NCBI GenBank assembly: GCA_002269645.1
Contig: NIVC01004531.1
Location: 1 to 43,040 of the forward strand
Reading direction: 5' to 3'
Source: Macrostomum lignano
Lineage: Eukaryota
Length of the DNA stretch: 43,040 bases
Shown here: one piece after another, positions 12,221-26,235 of the stretch
Layout: every line of letters begins with the position of its first letter
How positions within the stretch are numbered: the stretch's first letter is position 1
The notes under the pieces: generated by a model
Databases searched by the model: none
The model's input: only the letters and a program-made list of their open reading frames with translations
Told to the model about the DNA's origin: nothing
Position numbers and translations under genes: made by a program

Positions 12221-14431
12221 GCTCAGCGACGTCTATAGTGAAGCCAACGTTGTTGACGCCGAGTCGCTGTACGGGTATTGAGCGGCCGGATTTAGTCAAG
12301 ATTTTATCCAACTCAGCCTGTATTCAAATTGCACAAGCTTTTTCATCCACGGGGGAGAGAAAGTTGCTCTCAGTTGTTTAAGCAGACTCAGATTTACGTA
12401 ACCATCTCGGCAATAAAAGTTGGGTAATAAAAGTCAGTCTGGATCCCCAAAGGATGCATATTTTGGCGCACCGCGCACCGGGATGACCCTAAAGAGCCAG
12501 CCAGTTCAAGTATCATATACGAAAAGCATATAACAGTAGGAAATTCTCCATCCCGTCTATTGGGACTTTCAATTTAATTATAGCTAGTAGAAAGAACTGT
12601 AAGCGAGTAGCTTCGCTTAGTAACTTAGCATATAAGTCGGTCGACTCCAGTTGTAAGATATACAGTAGCAAGACGAATGTTTTATCTGATATGACAACGA
12701 CTGCAGAGACGCAAACGCACAGAGGGCTCTGAGCTGCGTGAGCAGTACTGGGAAGGTTGCTGCGAGGGAGTGTTATAGTAACTGATAAATTAATATTGGC
12801 CCAGAGTCTGGAATCTGGACCGACTTGATGGAGAATAGTAGTAAGCCGGCGAGTTGTTGGCTAGAGCTGACTAATGCTCACTCCATCGATAACTTATCTA
12901 AGATATACAAAGACTCAAAGATTGGTTTGGCTAGGCATTTACTTAGCGCAAATATCGCCAGATTGGTACAATACAGAATATATAAAATATAAGCGTGGAA
13001 AGTATTGCACTGAGCTGGACCCTGAGTTGTTGAATATGCAGATTTAGATGGGGAAAATGAGATAAGATAGACTTCTGATATGGTCAGAGTGACAGATTTC
13101 TGTCGCAATACGTTTTAGGACGTTTCCGTTTTTGAGTGGGCCTCATTAAATAGTTTTATTGTCTGAAAAATGTGATTGCACTGCCTGATAATGCTTGATT
13201 CTAGTTGAGGTTGGTAGGTTATAGAAATGCATTTGGCTTGTAAAACTTGGATAATCTCTGGGGCGAAATTTTCGTCAATTAATCCGCCTCTCTCGGCAGG
13301 CAATTAGATGCTTTGTGTGCCAATGCCTAATTAATGGAGATTAATTGCGAGGGGCAATACGGGGTCGTTTTTGACGTTCTTTTGTGCCAAAGAGACAGGA
13401 TGCGGGACCGCGCTTTCAGACTTCTGCGGGGCTTTAACAGAAGAGAGGCAGAAAACGTCTTTTAAACTAGGCATCTGAGTTGGAAGAAATTTTCGAAAGA
13501 ACACAGGAAAATGCACAAAAATCAAGTCTAGAAGAAAATTACCGATTAAAGAAGGGTTAATAAAGGCAGATGACAGTAACTAGAGGCTACCAACCATTAT
13601 GGATGCATCAGACTCATGAGCATTCAGGCCTCAGTAATAGCTATAATAGACAAGTTGACCTTGGCTTCATGTTGTATAGTCAGTGGGACGGCATGGTACT
13701 GACTATATTGCCATACAAGGGAGAGACTGAGGAGAACGGGGATGACTTGAGGCGGCCACATATAGGCTTTAGAAGGAAATGTGTGGATCCATAATATAAT
13801 ATTGCACTGGCAGGATTTATGACCGATGCTTTTCTGGGGGGGGGATGAGGTGACGTTGTCGGTTGGATCTCCGCAATTTCTACTGCCCTGTCAGCTGGTG
13901 AGAAGAGCAAAAGCAGCTAGCGGCAGTGTACGCACGTTGGGGACTGCGATCGCTACTGAGGGGATGCTCTTTGAGGCAGTCCCGCCAGCGGGCATTATCT
14001 GGCTAAACCATAGCCTGCTTTATGCTTGATTTACTGCCGCTGCTCAGTCTGCTTTTTTATTTCTGCCTCTGTCATAGTTGCAGGCCCGTTGTGGCTGTGT
14101 GTGTCGACTGCTGTGGCCCTATAAATGCGGTGTTAAAATTGAAAATAAACCAGACGGCACGTTCTGAAGGTGCACGATGTACTTCATTGTGCAAAGTCTC
14201 AACTTGATTTTAACGTTCGACTTTAACTCATGATGTAAATAAATGATTAAAAGGACGAATGAAGTAATTTGTGAGGATGTGGGCAGTCGTCCCGCAGCCA
14301 TGTGTGAAGGCAAGCAGTTGTTATGAATACGCACACCCAGGAAGACACTCACTCATGGTTTACTTAATAGTTCTAACATTTGTAATAAAAAACCAGCTGC
14401 TCATATATCAGTATTGAAATAGATTTAATAC

Positions 14432-15274
14432 CAGTGTTGGGCAAGTTACTCAAAAAAAGTAACTTGCGTTACTGTAAATTAAGTTACCAATTTTTAAAAA
14501 GTAACTTACGTTAGCCTAGTAACTTTAGACAAAAACCCGATAACTTTTAAGTTACTATCCGTTACTCACTTCCGTTACCCATGTTATTAACAAAATTTTC
14601 TGTTTTTTCACATTGCACATTTTTTCACATTGTTGTTACCAAAATTTGCCGTTGGGCATTGAGATTAACCGATTAACAGACAGAGACAGGAATTGGCGAC
14701 ACGATGTGAGGCAATTAGAAGGACCAATGGGCAATGGCAATCAATAATTAAAATTATAAATGATAAAATAAACTAATATCAATAATTCAATAGAGTAAAA
14801 TAAATAGAACTGTATAAAATGGTGTAGTGTACTGCAGTGCCAGTGGAAGGACTTGTGGAGGCTACAGATGAATTTATTTCTTTGGTTGTTTGTTTGAATC
14901 AAACTTCAAAATTTTTAGTAACTTGAAAATGAAAGGCAAAAATATTTTACCGAAATTATAACAAAGTAAAACATGTTTCAAGTTTTTCTTCATTAATTTA
15001 AGCACAATACCATATGATACTATTCACTTAATTTTGAATTTAGGAATGAAAAATGCAAAAACATGTGATAACCGGCGTAATAGCTAAGCATTTCAGTTTT
15101 AAATTTAAATATTGCGATTGTTGCAAAGTAACTGTAACGGACTTCCGAAATTTGAGTAACTTACCGTTACTCCGTTACTAAAATAAAAAAGTAACTTGCG
15201 TAAGGAACGCTTTACGAAAAAGTAACTTGCGTTACCATTTGCAAGTTACTCGGTAACGGAAGTGCCCAACACTG
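14432..15274. mobile_element. Non-autonomous hAT DNA transposon (MITE-like, 843 bp) in Dscam intron 2
   Basis: Perfect 12-bp TIRs CAGTGTTGGGCA / TGCCCAACACTG. Identical 8-bp flanks TTTAATAC (14424-14431 and 15275-15282). Dense GTAAC/GTTAC subterminal motifs at both ends. No transposase ORF. Confidence 0.95.
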
Positions 15275-17113
15275 TTTAATACATAGGCAGATTATTAGAC
15301 CCTTTTGAGTTCAGATAACGCTAAATGCATAGCAATTGATTGCACTATGTAAAGTACGTCTACCGATTGTACTTCGTTTACGGTTGGGTTAGCAAATAGT
15401 CTGGCAAGGGAAGTCTCCATGCCTGAAAGGCTGAAAGCATATAGATTAAATACTGCTCCTGTAATGTTTGAAGAGGCTTCCAGCGCCGCTCTCCATTCCC
15501 TCTTAATATATAGCGAGCAAGCTGAAGCTATGGTTATTAGTCATTCACGGCGGGGAAAGTGAAGGAAGCAAGAATGCGAGGGTTAACATGAGCCAGGCAT
15601 GGGTAAGGGTTCCTGGGTTCCTGCAGTCCATGAATCTCTCAGTCAGTGCTATAGTTCCTTATACCCCTGAAATAGACTCCTACAAGTGCACCTCAGTTTC
15701 TAAGCGGAGTCGCTAGCACGCGTGCCTATAGTCTTAGTCAGCAGCTATAGAGACAGAGGCCAGAAGATTTAGTTCAATTAGTTGGCCAATAGTAAATCTT
15801 GTGTGTTGCGTGTGTGTGTGTGTGTGCGTGTTTTTTCCATGAATGAACTTCATAGTCTCGGTCGGTTGCAGTCCCGTTGCTTAGCGTATGTGCTGCTGAT
15901 GCATGCGCGGTACAGGCAGAAGCACTATCTGTCTATCCAGCTACTGTCGTGTCTGAGTCATCGCGTCACGGGGGGGGTGGTTGCTGCAACTTAAAGTAGC
16001 AATCCAGGGGTTTGGGTTAGTAAGCTGAAGGAATATACAAAACTTTAACCAATAACATATCGGGTTGCTTTAACTGTTTCAAAAGGATGAAAACCAATAT
16101 TTATTTGTTCGGCTGTGTCATTTGAAACTTTGCGTCTCATGTACAAATATTACACACGACTGTCTTATGGTACTCGTGGACTACCTGTAGGATGCTGCAG
16201 GCACCGGAGGAGACGGGCGCCCACTAGGTGTTTCCGCGATTACATGTTGTCGAACCTGTGACGGTGACTTCACAAGACTCGGGCTACAGATTTTATATTA
16301 CCTAGATATGTCACTCCAGCATACGCTAAAGCTATTCAGCGGTCGTGTCCGAGACATCGAATAACCGGGGGTTAGGGCCACAGACACTAGCTGCGACTAA
16401 TGTTTGAGAGCTGCAGAAGCCACTGTCTATGATCAAAACCCCAGGGTTTTCGCGCTGCTCTCAGGCGGCTAGAGTGGCCTATCTAAGTAATATAGAATCT
16501 GTGCACTAGAGAGAGTTACATAGAAGCTACGTAAGCATTTCGTGAAAAACTAAAGCCTGATAAACTTGTGATTGCACCTCGGAAGAAACCCATGCTTACT
16601 TTATTGAGAAGAAGTCCAGAAAATGAGACGAAATTCGCACGACTTAGAGTTAAAAATTTGATACTATTTTTAGAAAGCATTCATAAATGCCAAACAAATG
16701 ACAGCTGGAATTGAGTAATGACCCGTCAAACCACCCCGTTTAGCTTGGATCAAATTTATTGCTGTCTTACCCTCTAGGAACTGTCTACTGACTGCATGAC
16801 AGGGGAATCACATTTCTACAATAGCTAGCATATAGCTGTCTGTATCCATGCATAAAAGCCTGAGTATTAAAACCGAAGCTGATGTGCGCAGTTGGCGTCT
16901 CCAACCAAGCTGCAGTACAGGCCAAATACTCAGTGTATTCCCAAACCTCAATGACTCTGTGTTCTGCGTCTTTGTCTGTTCTCAACTGAAATTCTCCCTG
17001 CCTTACTCAACTACTCACTTCCCCCAAACTAGTCAGACCATGACTCACTTTTCTCTGACTGTGAATTATTTATTAAGTTTCAGCTTGCGGTTTCCACGGC
17101 AGAACTAAGCGTA

Positions 17114-17300
17114 GATTTTGGTTGGGAAAATTGTTGGCTACAGATGAGGATCTGAATCCCAATGAATTGGGATTTTGATTGGGAAAATTGTTGGCTATAG
17201 ATGAGGATTTGAATCCCAATTCATTGGGATTTTGATTGGGAAAATTGTTGGCTACAGATGAGGATCTGAATCCCAATGAATGATGATCTGAATCCCAGTG
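17114..17300. repeat. 57-bp tandem repeat, ~3 copies, 3' end of intron 2
   Basis: gattttg starts at 17114, 17171 and 17228. Confidence 0.9.
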
Positions 17301-17380
17301 AATGATGATTTAAAACTAATGAGAACCTTGAACTCAAAATATCATTAAATACATTTTCCACCATCTATGTTCACCCGCAG

Positions 17381-17572
17381 TGAGCAACCTTCGCCAATGC
17401 CGCGCTGTGCTCAACTGTTTCTCCGGCGTCGATGGCGGCACAGCGGTGTGTCGGGTGCAAACCGACCCGGTGTCTCTCGAGGCGTTCTTTCGAGTGGAAT
17501 TTTACAGGCAAAGTCTGCCGGCGGTTGATCCGGCAGCTGGGGACCCGAGCTCTTTGCAGCTGCTCAGATATG
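17381..17572 (+). CDS. Dscam: Dscam-like exon 3 (N-terminal half of Ig2)
   Basis: Acceptor ttcacccgcag, donor TAT G|GTGAGT. 192 nt, phase 1-1. VSNLRQCRAVLNCFSGVDGGTAVCRVQTDPVSLEAFFRVEF...LLRY. Confidence 0.85.
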
Positions 17573-17619
17573 GTGAGTTCAAAGCTAGGGATTGTTTCTT
17601 GAGTACGATTAGAGAGACA

Positions 17620-18040
17620 CTGACATGCTGACATACTGACTTGCTGACATACTGACATGCTGACATACTGACATGCTGACATACTGACATACTGACTTGC
17701 TGACATACTGACATGCTGACATACTGACATGCTGACATACTGACTTGCTGACATACTGACATGCTGACATACTGACATGCTGACATACTGACATGCTGAC
17801 ATACTGACATGCTGACATACTGACATGCTGACATACTGACATGCTGACATACTGACATGCTGACATACTGACATGCTGACATACTGACATGCTGACATAC
17901 TGACATACTGACATACTGACATGCTGACATACTGACATGCTGACATACTGACATGCTGACATACTGACATACTGACAGACATAGTGACATTACTGACATA
18001 CTGCCATACTGACATACAGCTGACATACTGACATACTGAC
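17620..18040. repeat. 8/16-bp satellite (ctgacatg/ctgacata), 5' end of intron 3
   Basis: Alternating 8-mers starting ~47 nt after the exon 3 donor. Confidence 0.95.
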
Positions 18041-18594
18041 ATAAGATAAGAGAGGATAGAAGAGTAGATAAGCGAGACGAAATGCAGAGAGACAGAGATA
18101 GAGGTAGATGAGGTTCCGTCTAACAACCAGAGCACGGACTGATACATCCAGATGGATAATCGAAAGTGATGTTCGGGGAGGGCAGTCGGAGAGGAGAATG
18201 AGTACAGTTCCTCATAGCTATTACTCAGCCTGAAAAAATACGCAAGTCTAGCATTGAGTAGCACGAGAGAGCTGTTGAGGCAGCAATCCAGAGCAGTATG
18301 CTGTACTGAAGGGATGGAATGAGTGATTCAAACTGGATCCGGGATGCTGGCTTTTATGGAGGAAGGAAAACAGACTGAGGCATGGAATACTAAACTCTGG
18401 AGTGCTGGATGCAGGGATAGCGATTTTTCTTAAAATGAGCGCTGGGCGAGCCTAGTGTTAATATCAATAATATAAAAATCTGATGGTGTTGCAGATTCTG
18501 CTTTTGCTTAGGGTTTAAGACTAGGAATTTTTTGAGCTTTCGAAGATTATAGTTAGTGAAGATTATAGTTTGCGAAGAAAAGTTTTGTGAAGAT

Positions 18595-19036
18595 TAGGGT
18601 TTGTGAAGATTAGGGTTTGTGAAGATTAGGGTTTGTGAAGATTAGGGTTTGTGAAGATTAGGGTTTGTGAAGATTAGGGTTTGTGAAGATTAGGGTTTGT
18701 GAAGATTAGGGTTTGTGAAGATTAGGGTTTGTCAAGATTGGGGTTTGTGAAGATTAGGGTTTGTGAAGATTAGGGTTTGTGAAGATTAGGGTTTGTGAAG
18801 ATTGGGGTTTGTGAAGATTAGGGTTCGTGAAGATTAGGGTTTGTGAAGATTAGGGTTCGTGAAGATTAGGGTTTGTGAAGATTAGGGTTTGTGAAGATTG
18901 GGGTTTGTGAAGATTAGGGTTCGTGAAGATTAGGGTTTGTGAAGATTAGGGTTTGTGAAGATTAGGGTTTGTGAGGATTAGGGTTTGTGAAGATTAGGGT
19001 TTGTGAAGATCAGGGTTTGTGAAGATTAGGGTTTGT
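18595..19036. repeat. 16-bp satellite containing TTAGGG, ~27 copies
   Basis: Unit gaagattagggtttgt. Confidence 0.95.
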
Positions 19037-19569
19037 GGGTTTGTAAAACTTACGTTTGGCAAAATTTTAGTTTTTTGGCCTTCAAAATACGTTAGCTAGC
19101 ATAGTACAGCCATGAATAGAAATGGATAGAACCGCTGCTCCACTATATTAGAGCACGCTCAGTCGGTCAGAAGATCCAGACAGTCATTCGTACTGTGATT
19201 GAGGACTTGGCTCACGCCAGCTACGGGGGCAACAAAAAAGTATCAATGCCTGCTATGCAAATGCATTCTTCTGCTTTGAAGCCAGAAAAACTTGCTGAGC
19301 TGACTAACTAAACTTTACCAAGCCATCAATTGACGAGCTATTGAGAGCCTATGGAACTCAGGGTTCGTGTGCTGCTCCCCCTCTTGTGGCCTTGTGCAGA
19401 AAGTTTCCGCAACAATGGGATTATTGAAAGGGTCTGCTTTTTGGGGAGAGTGGTTGTGGCTGCCTTGATATTTAAGCCAGTTTCTGTCTCCATTGTTAAG
19501 CTTGCAGTCATTGTCAAACAAGTATGGTATATCGTATATATTGTGGGAGTCAGGACTAGGTAGGTGAGT

Positions 19570-19955
19570 CAAGTTGGGTGTCAGACAATTGACAAGTTGG
19601 GTGTCAGACAATCGACAAGTTGGGTGTCAGACAATCGACAAGTTTGGTGTCAGACAATCGACAAGTTGGGGGTCAGGCAATCGACAAGTTTGGTGTCAGA
19701 CAATCGAAAAGCTGGGTGTCAGACAATCGACAAGTTGGGTGTCAGACAATCGACAAGTTGGGTGTCAGACAATCGACAAGTTGGGTGTCAGACAATCGAC
19801 AAGTTGGGTGTCAGACAATCGACAAGTTGGGTGTCAGACAATCGACAAGTTGGGTCTCAGACAATCGACAAGCTGGGTGTCAGACAATCGACAAGCTGGG
19901 TGTCAGACAATCGACAAGTTGGGCGTCAGACAATCGACAAGCTGGGTGTCAGACA
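19570..19955. repeat. 23-bp satellite, ~17 copies
   Basis: Unit caagttgggtgtcagacaatcga. Confidence 0.95.
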
Positions 19956-20535
19956 AAGCGCTGAAAGTCACATGATATGGTATTTAAATGCAGATATGAA
20001 GAATAAGTAAAATACCGATGACTATTTCATACATTTATGCCTTTTTAGCGAAATCCGAAACGCATTCAACAGAAAAAATATTGATGTAAATATTTACGCT
20101 AAATTTGAGGCGTTAATTATTCTGGCTGTGAAAAAAAAATTATAGTTTGGAATTTTTCAGCAGCAACTTGCTGAGGGATAATTAGTGGCCTTGGCTCCCC
20201 ACTAAGAATTTCTCTTCCCCTAGTCAACGCCCAGGTATCGTAAATTAAAGCTGTTATTGCTAAACAATAAAACGCGAAACTTGTGGACTTAGCGGACGGA
20301 TGGTCTTGATTGAATGACTTACGACCAATGCCTGGGTCAGTCTAGTCCACCCGGCGGTTGCCGATGGGCGGTAACAGCTAGGATGCAAAATCAATTTTCA
20401 TTTTGACGCTTCTTTGACCCTTGATGCTGAGTTTAGTTGGGTTTTAATTTATAATTGCAATTTAAATTTGAATGTTATGCAGTTTTTTCCAATCAATTAC
20501 TCAGAAGCCATCCTATTCAGATGCTATACAGAGCA

Positions 20536-23500
20536 CACAACACAGAAGCTACACAACACAGAAGCTACACAACACAGAAGCTACACAACACAGAAGCTAC
20601 ACAACACAGAAGCTACACAACAAAGAAACTACACAACACAGAAGCTACACAACAAAGAAACTACACAACACAGAAGCTACACAACACAGAAGCTACACAA
20701 CACAGAAGCTACACAACACAGAAGCTACACAACACAGAAGCTACACAACACAGAAGCTACACAATACAGAAGCTACACAACACAGAAGCTACACAACACA
20801 GAAGCTACACAATACAGAAGCTACACAACACAGAAGCTACACAACACAGAAGCTACACAATACAGAAGCTACACAACACAGAAGCTACACAACACAGAAG
20901 CTACACAACACAGAAGCTACACAACACAGAAGCTACACAACACAAAAGCTACACAACACAGAAGCTACACAACACAGAAGCTACACAACACAGAAGCTAC
21001 ACAACACAGAAGCTACACAACACAGAAGCTACACAACACAGAAGCTACACAACACAAAAGCTACACAACACAGAAGCTACACAACAAAGAAACTACACAA
21101 CACAGAAGCTACACAACAAAGAAACTACACAACACAGAAGCTACACAACAAAGAAACTACACAACACAGAAGCTACACAACAAAGAAACTACACAACACA
21201 GAAGCTACACAACACAGAAGCTACACAACACAGAAGCTACACAACACAGAAGCTACACAACACAGAAGCTACACAATACAGAAGCTACACAACACAGAAG
21301 CTACACAACACAGAAGCTACACAATACAGAAGCTACACAACACAGAAGCTACACAACACAGAAGCTACACAATACAGAAGCTACACAACACAGAAGCTAC
21401 ACAACACAGAAGCTACACAACACAGAAGCTACACAACACAGAAGCTACACAACAAAGAAACTACACAACACAGAAGCTACACAACAAAGAAACTACACAA
21501 CACAGAAGCTACACAACACAGAAGCTACACAACACAGAAGCTACACAACACAGAAGCTACACAACACAGAAGCTACACAATACAGAAGCTACACAACACA
21601 GAAGCTACACAACACAGAAGCTACACAATACAGAAGCTACACAACACAGAAGCTACACAACACAGAAGCTACACAATACAGAAGCTACACAACACAGAAG
21701 CTACACAACACAGAAGCTACACAACACAGAAGCTACACAACACAGAAGCTACACAACACAGAAGCTACACAACACAAAAGCTACACAACACAGAAGCTAC
21801 ACAACAAAGAAGCTACACAACACAGAAGCTACACAACACAGAAGCTACACAACACAGAAGCTACACAACAAAGAAACTACACAACACAGAAGCTACACAA
21901 CACAGAAGCTACACAATACAGAAGCTACACAACACAGAAGCTACACAACACAGAAGCTACACAACACAGAAGCTACACAACACAGAAGCTACACAACACA
22001 GAAGCTACACAACACAGAAGCTACACAACAAAGAAACTACACAACACAGAAGCTACACAACAAAGAAACTACACAACACAGAAGCTACACAACACAGAAG
22101 CTACACAACACAGAAGCTACACAACACAGAAGCTACACAACACAGAAGCTACACAATACAGAAGCTACACAACACAGAAGCTACACAACACAGAAGCTAC
22201 ACAATACAGAAGCTACACAACACAGAAGCTACACAACACAGAAGCTACACAATACAGAAGCTACACAACACAGAAGCTACACAACACAGAAGCTACACAA
22301 CACAGAAGCTACACAACACAGAAGCTACACAACACAGAAGCTACACAACACAAAAGCTACACAACACAGAAGCTACACAACAAAGAAACTACACAACACA
22401 GAAGCTACACAACAAAGAAACTACACAACACAGAAGCTACACAACAAAGAAACTACACAACACAGAAGCTACACAACAAAGAAACTACACAACACAGAAG
22501 CTACACAACACAGAAGCTACACAACACAGAAGCTACACAACACAGAAGCTACACAACACAGAAGCTACACAATACAGAAGCTACACAACACAGAAGCTAC
22601 ACAACACAGAAGCTACACAATACAGAAGCTACACAACACAGAAGCTACACAACACAGAAGCTACACAATACAGAAGCTACACAACACAGAAGCTACACAA
22701 CACAGAAGCTACACAACACAGAAGCTAAACAACACAGAAGCTACACAACACAGAAGCTACACAACACAGAAGCTACACAACACAGAAGCTACACAACACA
22801 GAAGCTACACAACACAGAAGCTACACAACACAGAAGCTACACAACAAAGAAACTACACAACACAGAAGCTACACAACAAAGAAACTACACAACACAGAAG
22901 CTACACAACACAGAAGCTACACAACACAGAAGCTACACAACACAGAAGCTACACAACACAGAAGCTACACAATACAGAAGCTACACAACACAGAAGCTAC
23001 ACAACACAGAAGCTACACAATACAGAAGCTACACAACACAGAAGCTACACAACACAGAAGCTACACAATACAGAAGCTACACAACACAGAAGCTACACAA
23101 CACAGAAGCTACACAACACAGAAGCTACACAACACAGAAGCTACACAACACAGAAGCTACACAACACAAAAGCTACACAACACAGAAGCTACACAACAAA
23201 GAAACTACACAACACAGAAGCTACACAACAAAGAAACTACACAACACAGAAGCTACACAACAAAGAAACTACACAACACAGAAGCTACACAACACAGAAG
23301 CTACACAATACAGAAGCTACACAACACAGAAGCTACACAACACAGAAGCTACACAACACAGAAGCTACACAACACAGAAGCTACACAACACAGAAGCTAC
23401 ACAACACAGAAGCTACACAACAAAGAAACTACACAACACAGAAGCTACACAACACAGAAGCTACACAACACAGAAGCTACACAACACAGAAGCTACACAA

Positions 23501-25066
23501 CACAGAAGCTACACAATACAGAAGCTACACAACACAGAAGCTACACAACACAGAAGCTACACAATACAGAAGCTACACAACACAGAAGCTACACAACACA
23601 GAAGCTACACAATACAGAAGCTACACAACACAGAAGCTACACAACACAGAAGCTACACAACACAGAAGCTACACAACACAGAAGCTACACAACACAGAAG
23701 CTACACAACACAAAAGCTACACAACACAGAAGCTACACAACAAAGAAACTACACAACACAGAAGCTACACAACAAAGAAACTACACAACACAGAAGCTAC
23801 ACAACAAAGAAACTACACAACACAGAAGCTACACAACAAAGAAACTACACAACACAGAAGCTACACAACACAGAAGCTACACAACACAGAAGCTACACAA
23901 CACAGAAGCTACACAACACAGAAGCTACACAATACAGAAGCTACACAACACAGAAGCTACACAACACAGAAGCTACACAATACAGAAGCTACACAACACA
24001 GAAGCTACACAACACAGAAGCTACACAATACAGAAGCTACACAACACAGAAGCTACACAACACAGAAGCTACACAACACAGAAGCTACACAATACAGAAG
24101 CTACAGAACACAGAAGCTACACAACACAGAAGCTACACAATACAGAAGCTACACAACACAGAAGCTACACAACACAGAAGCTACACAACACAGAAGCTAC
24201 ACAACACAGAAGCTACACAACACAGAAGCTACACAACACAAAAGCTACACAACACAGAAGCTACACAACAAAGAAACTACACAACACAGAAGCTACACAA
24301 CAAAGAAACTACACAACACAGAAGCTACACAACAAAGAAACTACACAACACAGAAGCTACACAACAAAGAAACTACACAACACAGAAGCTACACAACACA
24401 GAAGCTACACAACACAGAAGCTACACAACACAGAAGCTACACAACACAGAAGCTACACAATACAGAAGCTACACAACACAGAAGCTACACAACACAGAAG
24501 CTACACAATACAGAAGCTACACAACACAGAAGCTACACAACACAGAAGCTACACAATACAGAAGCTACACAACACAGAAGCTACACAACACAGAAGCTAC
24601 ACAACACAGAAGCTACACAACACAGAAGCTACACAACAAAGAAGCTACACAACACAGAAGCTACACAACAAAGAAACTACACAACACAGAAGCTACACAA
24701 CAAAGAAACTACACAACACAGAAGCTACACAACACAGAAGCTACACAACACAGAAGCTACACAACACAAAAGCTACACAACACAGAAGCTACAAAACACA
24801 AAAGCTACACAATATAAAAGCTACACAATATATAAGCTACACAACACAGAAGCTACAAAACACAAAAGCTACACAATATAAAAGCTACACAACACAAAAG
24901 CTACACAACACAAAAGCTACACAACACAGAAGCTACACAACACAGAAGCTACACAACACAGAAGCTACACAACACAGAAGCTACACAACACAAAAGCTAC
25001 ACAACACAAAAGCTACACAACACAAAAGCTACACAACACAAAGGCTACACAACACAGAAGCTACAC
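20536..25066. repeat. 16-bp satellite, ~280 copies, with higher-order variant pattern
   Basis: Unit cacaacacagaagcta. Variant monomers cacaatacagaagcta, cacaacaaagaaacta and cacaacacaaaagcta. Confidence 0.98.
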
Positions 25067-25112
25067 CACCAGAAACAACCAGAAAAAGTAGCACGATTGT
25101 TTCAATGATTCC

Positions 25113-25119
25113 TACTAAC
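25113..25119 (+). promoter_or_regulatory. Perfect-consensus branch point TACTAAC of Dscam intron 3
   Basis: TACTAAC ends 15 nt before the AG (25135-25136), just after the 4.5-kb satellite. Confidence 0.7.
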
Positions 25120-25136
25120 GCTGCGCTACATTTCAG

Positions 25137-26033
25137 ACCCTCACAATCCAAAGTACGGCATATTTCCCAGCGAGTTGCACATCATGCGTCTAACAGCCGA
25201 AGACACCAGATATGCCTACAGAGCTCGGATAATTTTACTCAGCCTGTCACCAGACAATGCTGGGTCGGCATTAGCCTACAGTAACCTGTCCGACTCCAGC
25301 GTGATTCGACTACTACCGCAAGGCGCCAGTCACCATGGCGACGCAATTCGAAGCGTTTCAAACGCAGCCAGTTTAGTAGCAACGGAATATCGTGACAATC
25401 GGCACAGCGACAACATCTCGTTGCCGTGTTTTAGTCAAATAAGCGGCAGCTACAGCTGGACTAAAGATGGCGAGCCATTGTTAATTGGATCCGATATTGT
25501 CAATAGTAAAGTCGCTTACCTGTTGCCCGGCTCGCAGCCCGGCCATCCTGGTAGCATTGGACTGAAGCTGACCGGCCGACAAGACGCCGGCGACTATCGA
25601 TGCTACATCAATGACGGCAGCCGTCAGTTGGCGGTGTACCGAACTCAAGTAAGAGTTTATAAACAGTTGAGCGTAAGAATTTTGATTGGAACGGCTGACG
25701 ATTCGGAAGTTGGCGGTAAAGCTGCATCAAAGGTTGCTCGATTCGAGTTCGGCTCCGAGGCGACTTTGAAGTGCATCGCTGACGGATGGCCGTTGCATCG
25801 AATTCGATGGTTTAGAAACGGTCGACGCTTAGAACATGGTCAAGATTCCGGGAGTGTGCGAATGGAACCAGCCGAAGCTGAAGTGGCTGCCGAGAACGGT
25901 TGGAGTCAGTTGACGGTGGACGATTTTCGACTGGAGGATCGAGGCGCTTATCAGTGCGTGGCAGAGAGGCTGTTGGAGACCAGGCCGGCCCCGCCAGACT
26001 ATGCTGTGTCAACTGTGGCGGTGCTGGTTGGAG
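25137..26033 (+). CDS. Dscam: Dscam-like exon 4 (C-half Ig2, Ig3, Ig4)
   Basis: TACTAAC branch point plus tttcag acceptor; donor G|GTGAGA. KYGIFPSELHIMRLTAED matches Dscam KYLVLPSGELHIR. Ig motifs LPC..W.KDG..DAGDYRC and LKC..W..EDRGAYQC. Confidence 0.95.
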
Positions 26034-26235
26034 GTGAGATACGCAGGGTCTGTATAAAACTATTGCATTGTCTGTGGTTCGAACCTTTTCAGAACCTATT
26101 CTCGTAAACCTATTCAGATGCGACAGAAACCGTTAAAATCTGTCGCTTAACCACTTTGACACTGTAGTGTCCCATCTTATCGACTTTATATCATATTGTC
26201 TATGGTCCAACTATATCAATTCTCTCCTGCTTATG

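Noticed and set aside
19315-19611. Minus-strand ORF with YLFDNDCKL, reminiscent of an RT YADD motif
   Set aside because: One weak motif without colinear flanking RT motifs.
20414-24881. 1467, 757 and 1469 aa ORFs
   Set aside because: All three frames give the same 16-aa permuted repeat because the 16-bp unit lacks stops on the plus strand. They lie inside Dscam intron 3 and have no protein-like complexity.
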